Shown here: positions 42,244-51,500 of the stretch, in pieces
How positions within the stretch are numbered: position 1 is the first letter of the stretch
Layout: each line of letters begins with the position of its first letter
Source of the DNA: Mycobacterium sp.
Lineage (GTDB): Bacteria; Actinomycetota; Actinomycetes; Mycobacteriales; Mycobacteriaceae
Direction: 5' to 3'
Length of the DNA stretch: 64,000 nt
Assembly (NCBI RefSeq): GCF_035499775.1
Contig: NZ_DATJYB010000222.1
Coordinates: 9,502-73,501, forward strand
Program-made: the position numbers and the translations under genes
Notes under the pieces: model-generated
The model's database searches: none
Seen by the model: only the letters and a program-made list of their open reading frames with translations
What the model was told of the DNA's origin: nothing

Positions 42244-43119
42244 ATGAAGCTCGCCCGACCGAATACCTTCCACCCCCGCATCGTGCTGGCAGGGTGGACA
42301 CAACAAGTCGCCGGGGACGGTGACGACGCCGGCCTGATCGCCGCGCTGCGACACCGCGGTCAGCATGCGCACTGGATGTCCTGGGACGATCCCGAGATCA
42401 GTCGCGCGGATCTGGTGATACTGCGGGCCACTCACGATTACGCGGATCGGCTCGGCGAATTCCTGGCCTGGACCATCGGCGTGAAGAACCTGCTGAACCC
42501 ACCCGGCGCGGTGGCCTGGAATGCGGACCGGCGATACCTGGATGAGCTGGCGGGTCAAGGAGTTCCGACGGTGCCGGGAGAGGTCTTCGCGCCGGGTGAC
42601 AAGGTTCGGCTGCCGCGCGACGGTCACGCCTTCGTCAGCGCGACCATCGGATCGGGCGCGCAGCGCTGCACCGACCGGTCCGCGGCCGCCGAGCGCGCCG
42701 CCGAACTGCACGAAGCCGGCCGGAGCGTGTTGGTGCAACCCTGCGGATCGGATCCGGAGACTGTGCTGGTGTTCCTCTGCGGCGAGCCGTCGCACGCATT
42801 CACCAAGCATTCCGAGGGGGACGGCACCTTGCATCAGGCCGAGCCCGACTTCGAGATCTGGGATGTCGGTGCTGCCGCGCTGACCACCGCGGCGGGCCAA
42901 GTCACTATCGACGCAAGCGAATTGCTCTACGCGCGGGCCCACGTGATCGGTAGCCCCGACGACCCGCGGCTGCTGGAACTGCAGTTGGTGGAGCCCTCGC
43001 TGGGCTGGCGGGCGTTGGACGCCGAAACCCGCGATCTTGCCCAGCGCGAGTTCGCGCTGGGCGTCGAGTCAGCTTTGGAGCGGCTCGGGCTTGGCCCGTT
43101 CTCGCATCGAAGCCCATAG
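42244..43119 (+). CDS. Conserved hypothetical protein (Rv1455-like)
   Basis: I call 291 aa starting at MKLARPNTFHP, in the syntenic position. It may have an ATP-grasp-like fold, but I cannot verify that. Confidence 0.6.
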   Translation: MKLARPNTFHPRIVLAGWTQQVAGDGDDAGLIAALRHRGQHAHWMSWDDPEISRADLVILRATHDYADRLGEFLAWTIGVKNLLNPPGAVAWNADRRYLDELAGQGVPTVPGEVFAPGDKVRLPRDGHAFVSATIGSGAQRCTDRSAAAERAAELHEAGRSVLVQPCGSDPETVLVFLCGEPSHAFTKHSEGDGTLHQAEPDFEIWDVGAAALTTAAGQVTIDASELLYARAHVIGSPDDPRLLELQLVEPSLGWRALDAETRDLAQREFALGVESALERLGLGPFSHRSP

Positions 43120-44031
43120 TGCAGCGGTGGCCGCGGTGCAGGCCGCGGCGCCGGCCACGTGGACTGCGACCAACGCGGCCGGCACACCGGTGAAGTACTG
43201 CGTGGTGCCGACGGCCGCCTGCGCGAAGACCAGGGCGACCAGCACTGCCAGGCGCACCATGATGGCCCGGGCGGCGCCGACGGCCAGCAGCCCGAAGCCC
43301 AGCCCGACCAGCAGCGCCAGGTAGGACACCAGCAGCGACGAATGCATGTGCACCAGCGTGGTGATCTCGACTCTCAGTCGCGGCACGGTCCGGCTGGGGC
43401 TCCGGTCGCCGGCGTGCGGGCCGGCCGCGGTCACGAGGGTTCCGGTCACCAGGACCGCCGCCAGATTCAGCGCGCTGAGCGCCGTGAGGGCACGCAGCGG
43501 CTTGGCCACCCGGGTATGGACACCGGCCCCGTTGTAATCGGGCTCGCCGACCTTGACGTAGAGCAGCACCGACAGCCACACCATCGTCATCGACGCCAGC
43601 AGGTGAATGGCCACCGTCCACCACAGCAGCCCGGTGCGCACGGTGATGCCGCCGATCACCGCCTGCACGACCGTCGACGCGGGCATCAGCCAGGCATAGA
43701 CCAGCACCTCGGTGCGGCGACGGGCCCGCGTGACGGCCAGCACGGCCAATATCGCGGTGATCACCACCGCGAAGGTGATCATCCGGTTGCCGAACTCGAC
43801 CGCCTGATGGACCCGCGGCACCTCGGCGACCGCCACCGGGACGAAGCTGCCCGGAAAGCATTGCGGCCAGGTCGGGCAGCCCAGCCCGGACGCGGTGACG
43901 CGGACGATCGCCCCGGTGACCGCGATGCCGCCCTGAGTCAGGATGACGGCCGCGGCGATGATCCGCTGCACGCGCAGGCTGGGGTCGGGGAGCAGATCCA
44001 CCAACCGCAGCAGCACTTGTCCGACGCGCAC
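43069..44031 (-). CDS. ctaA: Heme A synthase (COX15/CtaA family, Rv1456c-like)
   Basis: I call 320 aa from GTG 44031. It has a CPTWPQC motif, multiple TM helices and conserved His residues. The longer ORF-track N-terminus is Arg/Gly-rich off-frame-type sequence. Confidence 0.8.
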   Translation of the reverse strand: MRVGQVLLRLVDLLPDPSLRVQRIIAAAVILTQGGIAVTGAIVRVTASGLGCPTWPQCFPGSFVPVAVAEVPRVHQAVEFGNRMITFAVVITAILAVLAVTRARRRTEVLVYAWLMPASTVVQAVIGGITVRTGLLWWTVAIHLLASMTMVWLSVLLYVKVGEPDYNGAGVHTRVAKPLRALTALSALNLAAVLVTGTLVTAAGPHAGDRSPSRTVPRLRVEITTLVHMHSSLLVSYLALLVGLGFGLLAVGAARAIMVRLAVLVALVFAQAAVGTTQYFTGVPAALVAVHVAGAAACTAATAALWASMRERAKPEPLQS

Positions 44032-44177
44032 CGCCCGATCGTAACGACGACTACGCCGCGTAGTAGAAAACGGGTGTTGAGTCAGCGGCTGTGGCGGCGA
44101 AGTGCGAGTAGGGCGCGCCGCCAGCGCAGAGTCAACACGTCGCTTGAGGGACGAGAGGCCGCAGAGTCGCAGCGCAC

Positions 44178-44966
44178 TCAGGTGAAGCGGAACCAGCGCA
44201 GCGCGGCCAGGGTGGCCAACCCGCCCCACACCGCCAGGACGACGATCCCGAACCCGTCCACTCGCACCGTCATCGCCTGGGTCAGCGCCTCGGTGAGCGC
44301 GCCGGACGGGGTGAGCCGGGCGGCCCACTTGACGCCCGACGGGATCATGCTCGTCTCGAGGGTCAGCGCTCCGAACCCGGCGAAGACGAACCACATCAGG
44401 TTGGCGACCGCGAGGACGATCTCGGCCCGCAGCGTGCCGCCGAGCAGTAGACCCAGCGCCGCGAACGCCGCAGTGCCCAAAGCGATCACCACCGCGCCCA
44501 ACGCCAGCGCGGCCGGTTGCGGTTGCCAGTCGAGCGCAAACCCGATGGTGCCCAAGATGATTGCCTGCAGAAACACCACCGCGACGACGGCCAGGGATTT
44601 GCCGGCGATGATCCCCCAGACGGGCAGCGCGGTGGCCCCGAGCCGTTTCAGCGCGCCGTAGCGGCGATCGAACGCGACGGCGATGGCCTGCCCGGTGAAC
44701 GCGGTCGAGACCACCGCCAGCGCCATGATCGCCGGCACGAACGTCGCTGCCCTGTTGTGCCCGAACGATCCGAGCGGCAGCAGCGTGAGCCCGACCAGCA
44801 GCGTGATCGGGATGAACATGGTCAACAGCAGTTGCTCGCCGTTGCGCAGCAGCAGCTTCAACTCCAGCGTGAACTGTGCCGCGAGCATCCGGCCCACCGC
44901 ATTGGGGCGCGGGTCCGGGGTGAAGATGCCGGCCGGGAACGACGGGGCGTGCGTTTCGTCTGTCAC
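44178..44966 (-). CDS. ABC transporter permease (ABC-2 type, Rv1457c-like)
   Basis: I call 262 aa starting at VTDETHAPSF, with six predicted TM segments. Its start overlaps the ATPase stop by GTGA. Confidence 0.85.
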   Translation of the reverse strand: MTDETHAPSFPAGIFTPDPRPNAVGRMLAAQFTLELKLLLRNGEQLLLTMFIPITLLVGLTLLPLGSFGHNRAATFVPAIMALAVVSTAFTGQAIAVAFDRRYGALKRLGATALPVWGIIAGKSLAVVAVVFLQAIILGTIGFALDWQPQPAALALGAVVIALGTAAFAALGLLLGGTLRAEIVLAVANLMWFVFAGFGALTLETSMIPSGVKWAARLTPSGALTEALTQAMTVRVDGFGIVVLAVWGGLATLAALRWFRFT

Positions 44967-45916
44967 TGCCGCAACTTCCTGCCGGTGAGATCCAGGAACA
45001 CATCCTCGAGGCTGCGCTGCTCGACCCGCATGTCGGTGGCCAGCACATTGATCTGCGCGCACCACGCCGTGACCGTTGCCAGCACCTGCGGATCGACCGG
45101 GCCTTCGACCAGGTACTCGCCCGGCGTCAACTCGGTGGCCTTGTAGTCCTCGGGTAGCGCGGAGGTCAGCAGCGACAGGTCGAGCCGGGGCGGCGCGGTG
45201 AACCGCAGCTGGTCTTTGGCGCCACTGCGCATCAGTTCCGTCGGCGTGCCGGCGGCGACGGTCACCCCGTTGTCGATGATCACCAGCCGGTCGGCGAGTT
45301 CCTCGGCCTCCTTGAGCTGGTGGGTGGTCAGCACCACGGTCACGCCGTCCCGACGCAGCGCGTCGATCAGCTCCCACACCAGCAGCCGGGCATGGGCGTC
45401 CATGCCTGCGGTGGGCTCGTCGAGGAAGACCAGCTCGGGACGGCCGACCAGGGCGCAGGCCAGCGCGAGGCGTTGCTGCTGTCCGCCGGACAGTCGTCGA
45501 TAGGTGGTGCGCGCGGCTTCGGTGAGCCCGAGGGTGTCCAGCAGCCAGTGCGGGTCCAGCGGATCGGCGGCGTAGGCCGCCACCAGGTTGAGCATCTCGC
45601 CGGCCCGTGCCGCCGGGTAGCCGCCGCCGCCCTGCAACATCACCCCGATGCGCGGGCGCAGCCGGGCGTTGTCGGTGATCGGGTTCAGCCCGAGCACCTC
45701 GATGGTTCCGGCGTCGGGCCGCACGAAGCCTTCGCACATCTCGACCGTCGTCGTCTTGCCGGCGCCGTTGGGACCCAGCAGGGCCAGCACTTCGGCGGCC
45801 TGCACGTCCAGATCGAGGTTGGAAACGGCTTCAAAAACAGCCCCGGCCGACCCGTACCGCTTACTGACCCCACGCAGCGAAACCACTGTGTCGGGGGTCG
45901 GGGGGGTCGAGCTCAC
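44963..45916 (-). CDS. ABC transporter ATP-binding protein (Rv1458c-like)
   Basis: It has Walker A (GPNGAGKTT), the signature LSGGQQQRL and Walker B (VFLDEPT). Confidence 0.9.
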   Translation of the reverse strand: MSSTPPTPDTVVSLRGVSKRYGSAGAVFEAVSNLDLDVQAAEVLALLGPNGAGKTTTVEMCEGFVRPDAGTIEVLGLNPITDNARLRPRIGVMLQGGGGYPAARAGEMLNLVAAYAADPLDPHWLLDTLGLTEAARTTYRRLSGGQQQRLALACALVGRPELVFLDEPTAGMDAHARLLVWELIDALRRDGVTVVLTTHQLKEAEELADRLVIIDNGVTVAAGTPTELMRSGAKDQLRFTAPPRLDLSLLTSALPEDYKATELTPGEYLVEGPVDPQVLATVTAWCAQINVLATDMRVEQRSLEDVFLDLTGRKLRQ

Positions 45917-47610
45917 GTGGAATCAGCGTAGGCGTCGGGTGCCGCAGTCGGCCGCGGGGCCTCGGGCGGTTCCGGGGACTCCGCTTTCGGAGCGGGTTCC
46001 GGGCCGGGGGCCGGGACCGGCTGCAGCGGTCGCCACGGCAGGCGCGTGTAGGTCAGCGCAATCAGCACCACCACGATGATTGTGCTGGCCACCGTGGCGT
46101 CGACGATCTGGAACAGCGCGAAGCGGTCGCCGTTCGCCGTCGGGCCGAAGATACCCACCACGAGAGTGACCACGATTGCCGCCACCCGGAAGCCGGTGCG
46201 GGTGGCCCAGGCGGCCAGCGGGATGATGGCCCACAACAGATACCACGGCTGCACCACGGGAAACAGCAGCACCGTGACACCCAGCGCCACGCCCAGGCCG
46301 CCGATCGGGTGCAGCCTGCCGCGGAACACCGCCAGCAACAGCCAGACCACCATCACCATGATGATCAGCACGCCGATGGCGCGCGTCAGTGACAACACTG
46401 CGGTGGTGTGATCACCCAGGCCCAGCAGGATCCCGACCTGGCCGGTGCCCAGCGCCAGCAGGGTCGGTGGCGACATCCAGCTGCGCACCACGTTGGCGGT
46501 GCCCAGCGTGTAGATCCAGCCGAACCCGAGCCCGCTGACCCAGCCGACGATTGCCATCACCGCCAGCGCCAGCCCCGCCATTGCGGTGCCGCTCGCCAGG
46601 AGCGCTTTCAGGCTGCCGCCGCACCGGTGCGCCAGTGCCATCGTGACGAAGCCCAGCGCCAGCAGCGACGGCAGCTTCACCTGCGACGACAGCACGATCA
46701 GGACCGAACCTGCCAACAGCATGCCCAGCGGTTCCCAGTCCGGTCCCAATCGCCAGGACTTGGGCATCAGCCGCGCCGAGTCGATGCCGCGCAGCGCGAA
46801 CTCCGCGCCGGTCAGCATCAGGCCGAGCATCAGCGCCTCGTTGTGGATGCCGGCGACCAGATGCATGATCAGCAGCGGATTGGCCGCACCCAGCCACAGC
46901 GCACTGACCTCGGCGACGCCGCAGCGCCGGGCCAGCCGGGGGACCGCCCACACGATCAGGCCGACGCCGACCAGCACCACCACCCGATGACACAGCACGG
47001 CGGCGACGATGTTTTCGCCGGTCAAGGCCGAGATGCCGCGCCCAATCCACAAGAACAGCGGGCCGTAGGGCGCCGGCGTCTCCCGCCACAGGCTGGGGAC
47101 CGAAAGGGTGAACACGTGGCCGAGGCCGAGGCCGGACGCCGGGCCCACCCGGTAGGGGTCGAGGCCTTCCAGTGAGATCTCGCTCTGGGCCAGGTAGGAG
47201 TAGACATCCTTGCTGTACATCGGCGGCGCGATCAGCAGCGGCAGTATCCACAACAGCAGGGTGCGATCGAGTTCGCCGCGCGACATCCGCCGGTCGCCGA
47301 GGGCGAACCGACCGAGCATCAACCAGGCCAGCGCCATCATGACCGCTCCGGTCGTCGTCATCGTCAACGACACGGTCTGGATGCGTGACGGCAGGTTGAG
47401 CAGCCGGACCCCGAACGTCGGGTCCTGCACGACGGGCCTGGCCCCGGCGCCCAGGGCGCCGATCGCCATCAGCACCGTTCCGGTGGCCCCGAACAGCCGG
47501 GTGCGCTGCAGCGCGGTGAGCTCGGTATCGTTCAGCGGCGAGCCCACCGCCTGCTCATCACCATGCAGACTGGCGATCGAGGAGCTCAGCGTGTGGTGGC
47601 GGGCAGCCAT
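45913..47610 (-). CDS. mptB: Polyprenol-phosphate-mannose-dependent alpha-(1->6)-mannosyltransferase-like membrane protein (Rv1459c/MptB-like)
   Basis: The 565-aa polytopic membrane protein is syntenic with Rv1459c, upstream of the ABC pair. The function is assigned by position and general resemblance only. Confidence 0.7.
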   Translation of the reverse strand: MAARHHTLSSSIASLHGDEQAVGSPLNDTELTALQRTRLFGATGTVLMAIGALGAGARPVVQDPTFGVRLLNLPSRIQTVSLTMTTTGAVMMALAWLMLGRFALGDRRMSRGELDRTLLLWILPLLIAPPMYSKDVYSYLAQSEISLEGLDPYRVGPASGLGLGHVFTLSVPSLWRETPAPYGPLFLWIGRGISALTGENIVAAVLCHRVVVLVGVGLIVWAVPRLARRCGVAEVSALWLGAANPLLIMHLVAGIHNEALMLGLMLTGAEFALRGIDSARLMPKSWRLGPDWEPLGMLLAGSVLIVLSSQVKLPSLLALGFVTMALAHRCGGSLKALLASGTAMAGLALAVMAIVGWVSGLGFGWIYTLGTANVVRSWMSPPTLLALGTGQVGILLGLGDHTTAVLSLTRAIGVLIIMVMVVWLLLAVFRGRLHPIGGLGVALGVTVLLFPVVQPWYLLWAIIPLAAWATRTGFRVAAIVVTLVVGIFGPTANGDRFALFQIVDATVASTIIVVVLIALTYTRLPWRPLQPVPAPGPEPAPKAESPEPPEAPRPTAAPDAYADST

Positions 47611-47753
47611 CAGAGCAGCCTAGCCCTGTCAACGATGCGAGCCGCGGAAACGGCCCGCTGGGGAGGAGGGCCGTCGGATGTCGCCGCGGAGCGGTGTGAC
47701 CAGCACAACCCCGCGCTCAGGGCACCCTTGCTGGACCGATCTCCGGAATTGCG

Positions 47754-47770
47754 TCACACTGGTGTTGTGA
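47754..47770. promoter_or_regulatory. Inverted repeat TCACA-N7-TGTGA (contains ACACT-N5-TGTGA) upstream of, or overlapping, the sufR start
   Basis: The sequence reads gcgTCACActggtgtTGTGAaaatc. From memory it resembles the SufR operator half-sites reported for M. tuberculosis Rv1460. Confidence 0.35.
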
Positions 47771-48480
47771 AAATCCGATCCGAGCTGGATCCTGCCGTGC
47801 CTGCGGTTGGTGCTGCGGGAACGGATGGTCACACCCGCCGCGCCATCGTGCGCCTGCTGCTGGAATCCGGATCGATCACCGCCAGTGAGATCGGCGACCG
47901 ACTGGGCCTGGCGGCCGCCGGCGTGCGGCGTCATCTCGACGCGCTGATCGAGGCCGGCGACGCCGAATCCGCGCCCGCTGCGGCATGGCAGCAGGCGGGA
48001 CGGGGGCGGCCGGCGAAGCGCTTCCGGCTGACGGCCGCCGGCCGGGCCAAGCTCGACCACGCCTATGACGACCTGGCCGCCGCGGCCATGCGCCAGCTGC
48101 GCGAGATCGGCGGCGAGGACGCCGTTCGGACGTTCGCGCGCCGGCGCATCGACTCGATCCTGGCCGGCGTCGAGGGGGCCGGCAGCGCCGGCGACGACGA
48201 TGTCGAGGCGGCCGCCGACCGGGTCGCCGCAGCGCTGACCAAGGCCGGTTACGTCGCGACCACCACGCGGGTCGGCGGACCCATCCACGGCGTGCAGATC
48301 TGTCAGCACCACTGTCCGGTTTCGCACGTCGCCGAGGAATTTCCGGAGTTGTGCGAAGCCGAACAGCAGGCGATGGCCGAGGTGCTCGGGACCCACGTCC
48401 AGCGCCTGGCGACCATCGTCAACGGCGACTGCGCCTGCACCACCCACGTGCCGCTCACGCCCGCGGCCGGCAAGACCTAG
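47767..48480 (+). CDS. sufR: Fe-S cluster-sensing transcriptional repressor SufR (Rv1460-like)
   Basis: It has a winged HTH (RRAIVRLLLESGSITASEIGDRLGLAAAGVRRHLDAL) and C-terminal Cys ligands (CQHHCPVSHV...CEAE...CAC). The start is uncertain: GTG 47767 gives 237 aa and ATG 47635 gives 281 aa. Confidence 0.75.
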   Translation: MKIRSELDPAVPAVGAAGTDGHTRRAIVRLLLESGSITASEIGDRLGLAAAGVRRHLDALIEAGDAESAPAAAWQQAGRGRPAKRFRLTAAGRAKLDHAYDDLAAAAMRQLREIGGEDAVRTFARRRIDSILAGVEGAGSAGDDDVEAAADRVAAALTKAGYVATTTRVGGPIHGVQICQHHCPVSHVAEEFPELCEAEQQAMAEVLGTHVQRLATIVNGDCACTTHVPLTPAAGKT

Positions 48481-48537
48481 CACGAAACGGCGCCCAGCCC
48501 GCGCCGAATACAGCACGAGCATCAAAGGAGTGTCCAC

Positions 48538-51500
48538 ATGACACTGACGCCAGAGGCCAGCAGGACCGCTGCCGCACCGTTGACTCAGGACGAGGCCATC
48601 GCCTCCCTGGGCAACTACGGCTACGGCTGGTCGGACTCCGACGTCGCAGGCGCCAGCGCACAGCGCGGCCTCTCCGAGGCCGTCGTGCGCGACATCTCGG
48701 CGAAGAAGAACGAGCCCGAGTGGATGCTGAAGACCCGGCTGAAGGCGCTGGGCATCTTCGACCGCAAGCCGATGCCGAACTGGGGTTCCAACCTGGAGGG
48801 CATCGACTTCGACAACATCAAGTACTTCGTGCGCTCGACCGAGAAGCAGGCCGCCTCTTGGGAAGAGCTGCCGGAAGATATCCGCAACACCTACGACCGG
48901 CTGGGAATCCCGGAGGCGGAAAAGCAGCGCCTTGTTGCCGGCGTTGCGGCCCAGTACGAGTGCCTCGCCGGTGAAACTTTGGTATGGACCGCCAACCGCG
49001 GGCAGGTCCCGATCAAGGAGATCGAGTTCGGCGATCGGGTGTTCTCCTACGACGAGTCTGCCGAGCAGTTTGTCGTCGCGCCGGTCAAGGCGGCAGCGCA
49101 GACCGACACCCGGCTGACATATGAGATCAAGACCACTCGGCTCAGCATCCGTGCCACTGATAACCACCCCATGCTGGTGCTGCGCGACGAGCGCAAGGAG
49201 GGCCGCCAGCGTGCCCGCTATGCGCGGCGTTGGGTCACAGTGGGAGAACTGAAGGCAGGCGATTTCATCGCAGTGCCACGAACCGTTCCGGATTTCGGTG
49301 TCGCGGCTGAACTTCCGATCATCGCCGGATTGACAGCTCCAGAGACCAGTTCGATCGACCTGATGTGGCTGCTGGGCTTGTACGTCGGCGACGGCAACCT
49401 GCATCTGTCGACCAAGACGTATCGCGTTCAGTTCGCAATCCCGGCAACCGATGTTGAGTTGCGCGCGGAGTTGACCCGGGTCATCAAGGAACTATTCGGG
49501 TTGCGTTGCATCGAGGCTGACGAATACCGCGTCGTTGTCAACTCAAAGGCGTTGACGGAGTGGATCGTTGCGCTGGGATTCAGCGGATTGTCGCTGACCA
49601 AGCGGGTGCCCGAGTGGGTCTACGGGCTGCCGGTTGACCAGCGGCTGGCATTCCTCGGCGGCTGGGTTGACGCCGACGGCTACGTCCAGCCGGAACGATG
49701 TGGCTCCGTGATGCTTACCTGTGCCAATGAGCCTCTCATCAATCAAGCCCGGGAGCTTGCCGAACTTTCCGGGCTGCGCGCGGGCGGGCCTTGGTCGTTC
49801 ACTCAGCCGTACCGGCACGCCCCGGAACGCATGCAGATTGCTTGGCGCCTAGGGATTTCCGGTGACTTCGAGCGCCTCGGATGCCGCAATCTGAAGCGAA
49901 CAGACCGCTTCGGTCGCCGCCGCTACGTGCATTCGTCCAACAGTTCGCACGGGACGACGATCCGAGCGCACACCAACGATTGGCTTGGCTTCGAGCGGGT
50001 CAAGTCAATCGAACCGTATGCCATCGAGCCGGTGTATGACATCGAGGTCGACGGTCCACATAATTTTGTGGCTGCAGGACTCGTGGTACACAACTCCGAG
50101 GTGGTCTACCACCAGATCCGAGAGGACCTGGAAGCCCAAGGCGTTATCTTCCTGGACACCGATACTGGTTTGCGGGAGCATCCGGAGATTTTCCAGAAAT
50201 ATTTTGGAACAGTAATTCCGGCAGGCGATAATAAGTTTTCTGCATTGAATACTGCGGTGTGGAGTGGCGGTTCTTTTATTTACGTCCCGCCGGGTGTGCG
50301 CGTCGACATCCCGCTGCAGGCGTATTTCCGGATCAACACCGAGAACATGGGCCAGTTCGAGCGAACGCTGATCATCGCCGACGAGGGCTCCTACGTGCAT
50401 TACGTCGAGGGCTGCCTGCCGGCAGGTGAGCTGATCACGACCGCGGACGGCGACCTGCGGCCCATCGAGTCGATTCGCGTCGGTGATTACGTCACTGGCC
50501 ACGATGGCCGGCCGCATCGCGTCACCGCGGTGCAAATGCGCGACCTCAATGGCGAATTGTTCACCTTCACGCCGATGTCGCCCGCCAACAAATTCTCCGT
50601 CACAGCAGAGCACCCCTTGCTCGTCGTCCCGCGCGCCGAGGTGCGCGTCATGCGCAAGGAACGCAACGGATGGAAGGCGGAAGTCAATAGTGCCAAGCTG
50701 CGTGTTGCCGAGCCGCGGTGGATCGCGGCAAAGGACGTGGCCGAGGGCGACTTCCTGATTTACCCCAAGCCGAAGCCGATCCCGCACAAGACGGTGCTGC
50801 CGCTCGAGTTCGCGCGGCTCGCCGGCTACTACCTGGCCGAGGGTCACGCGTGCCTCACCAACAACTGTGAGTCGCTGATCTTCTCGTTCCACAGTGATGA
50901 ATTCGAATACGTCGAGGACGTGCGCCAGGCGTGCAAGTCGCTCTACGAGAAGTCTGGTTCGGTATTGGTCGAGGAGCACAAGCACTCGGCGCGCGTGACC
51001 GTCTACACGAAGGCGGGCTACGCCGCGATGCGCGACAACGTCGGCATCGGATCGTCGAAAAAGAAGTTGTCCGATCTCCTGATGCGTCAGGACGAGATCT
51101 TCCTACGCGAGTTGGTGGACGCCTATGTCAACGGCGACGGCAACATCATCGAACGCGGCGGCGCGCTCTGGAAGCGGGTTCACACGACGTCACGTGTCTG
51201 GGCGTTCCAGCTGCAGTCGATCCTGGCGCGACTGGGTCACTACGCCACCGTCGAGCTGCGCCGGCCGGCAGGTCCGGGTGTCATCATGGGCCGCAATGTC
51301 ATGCGCAAGGACATCTACCAGGTCCAGTGGACCGAGGGTGGCCACGGACCCAAGCAGGCCCGCGACTGCGGCGACTACTTCGCCGTGCCGATCAAGAAGC
51401 GCGCGGTGCGAGAGGCGCACGAGCCCGTGTACAACCTCGACGTCGAAGCGCCCGACAGCTACCTCGCCTACGGCTTCGCGGTGCACAACTGCACCGCGCC

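Noticed and set aside
43159-44661. A 500-aa plus-strand ORF, and the long N-terminal extensions of the minus-strand ORFs 43069..45048 and 44178..45737.
   Set aside because: They overlap ctaA and the ABC permease and ATPase in other frames. The real proteins begin at internal GTG or ATG codons coupled to upstream stops (GTGA overlaps). The extensions are Arg/Gly/Pro-rich noise.
47629-49404. A 591-aa minus-strand ORF opposite sufR and the start of sufB.
   Set aside because: It is antisense to two genes with clear motifs and has no recognisable domains.
48961-51489. The possibility that the oversized sufB is a fusion, a pseudogene, or is disrupted by an IS element.
   Set aside because: The reading frame is continuous. 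The insertions have exact intein boundaries (Cys1 ... HN followed by Ser or Cys). There are no transposase motifs or terminal inverted repeats.
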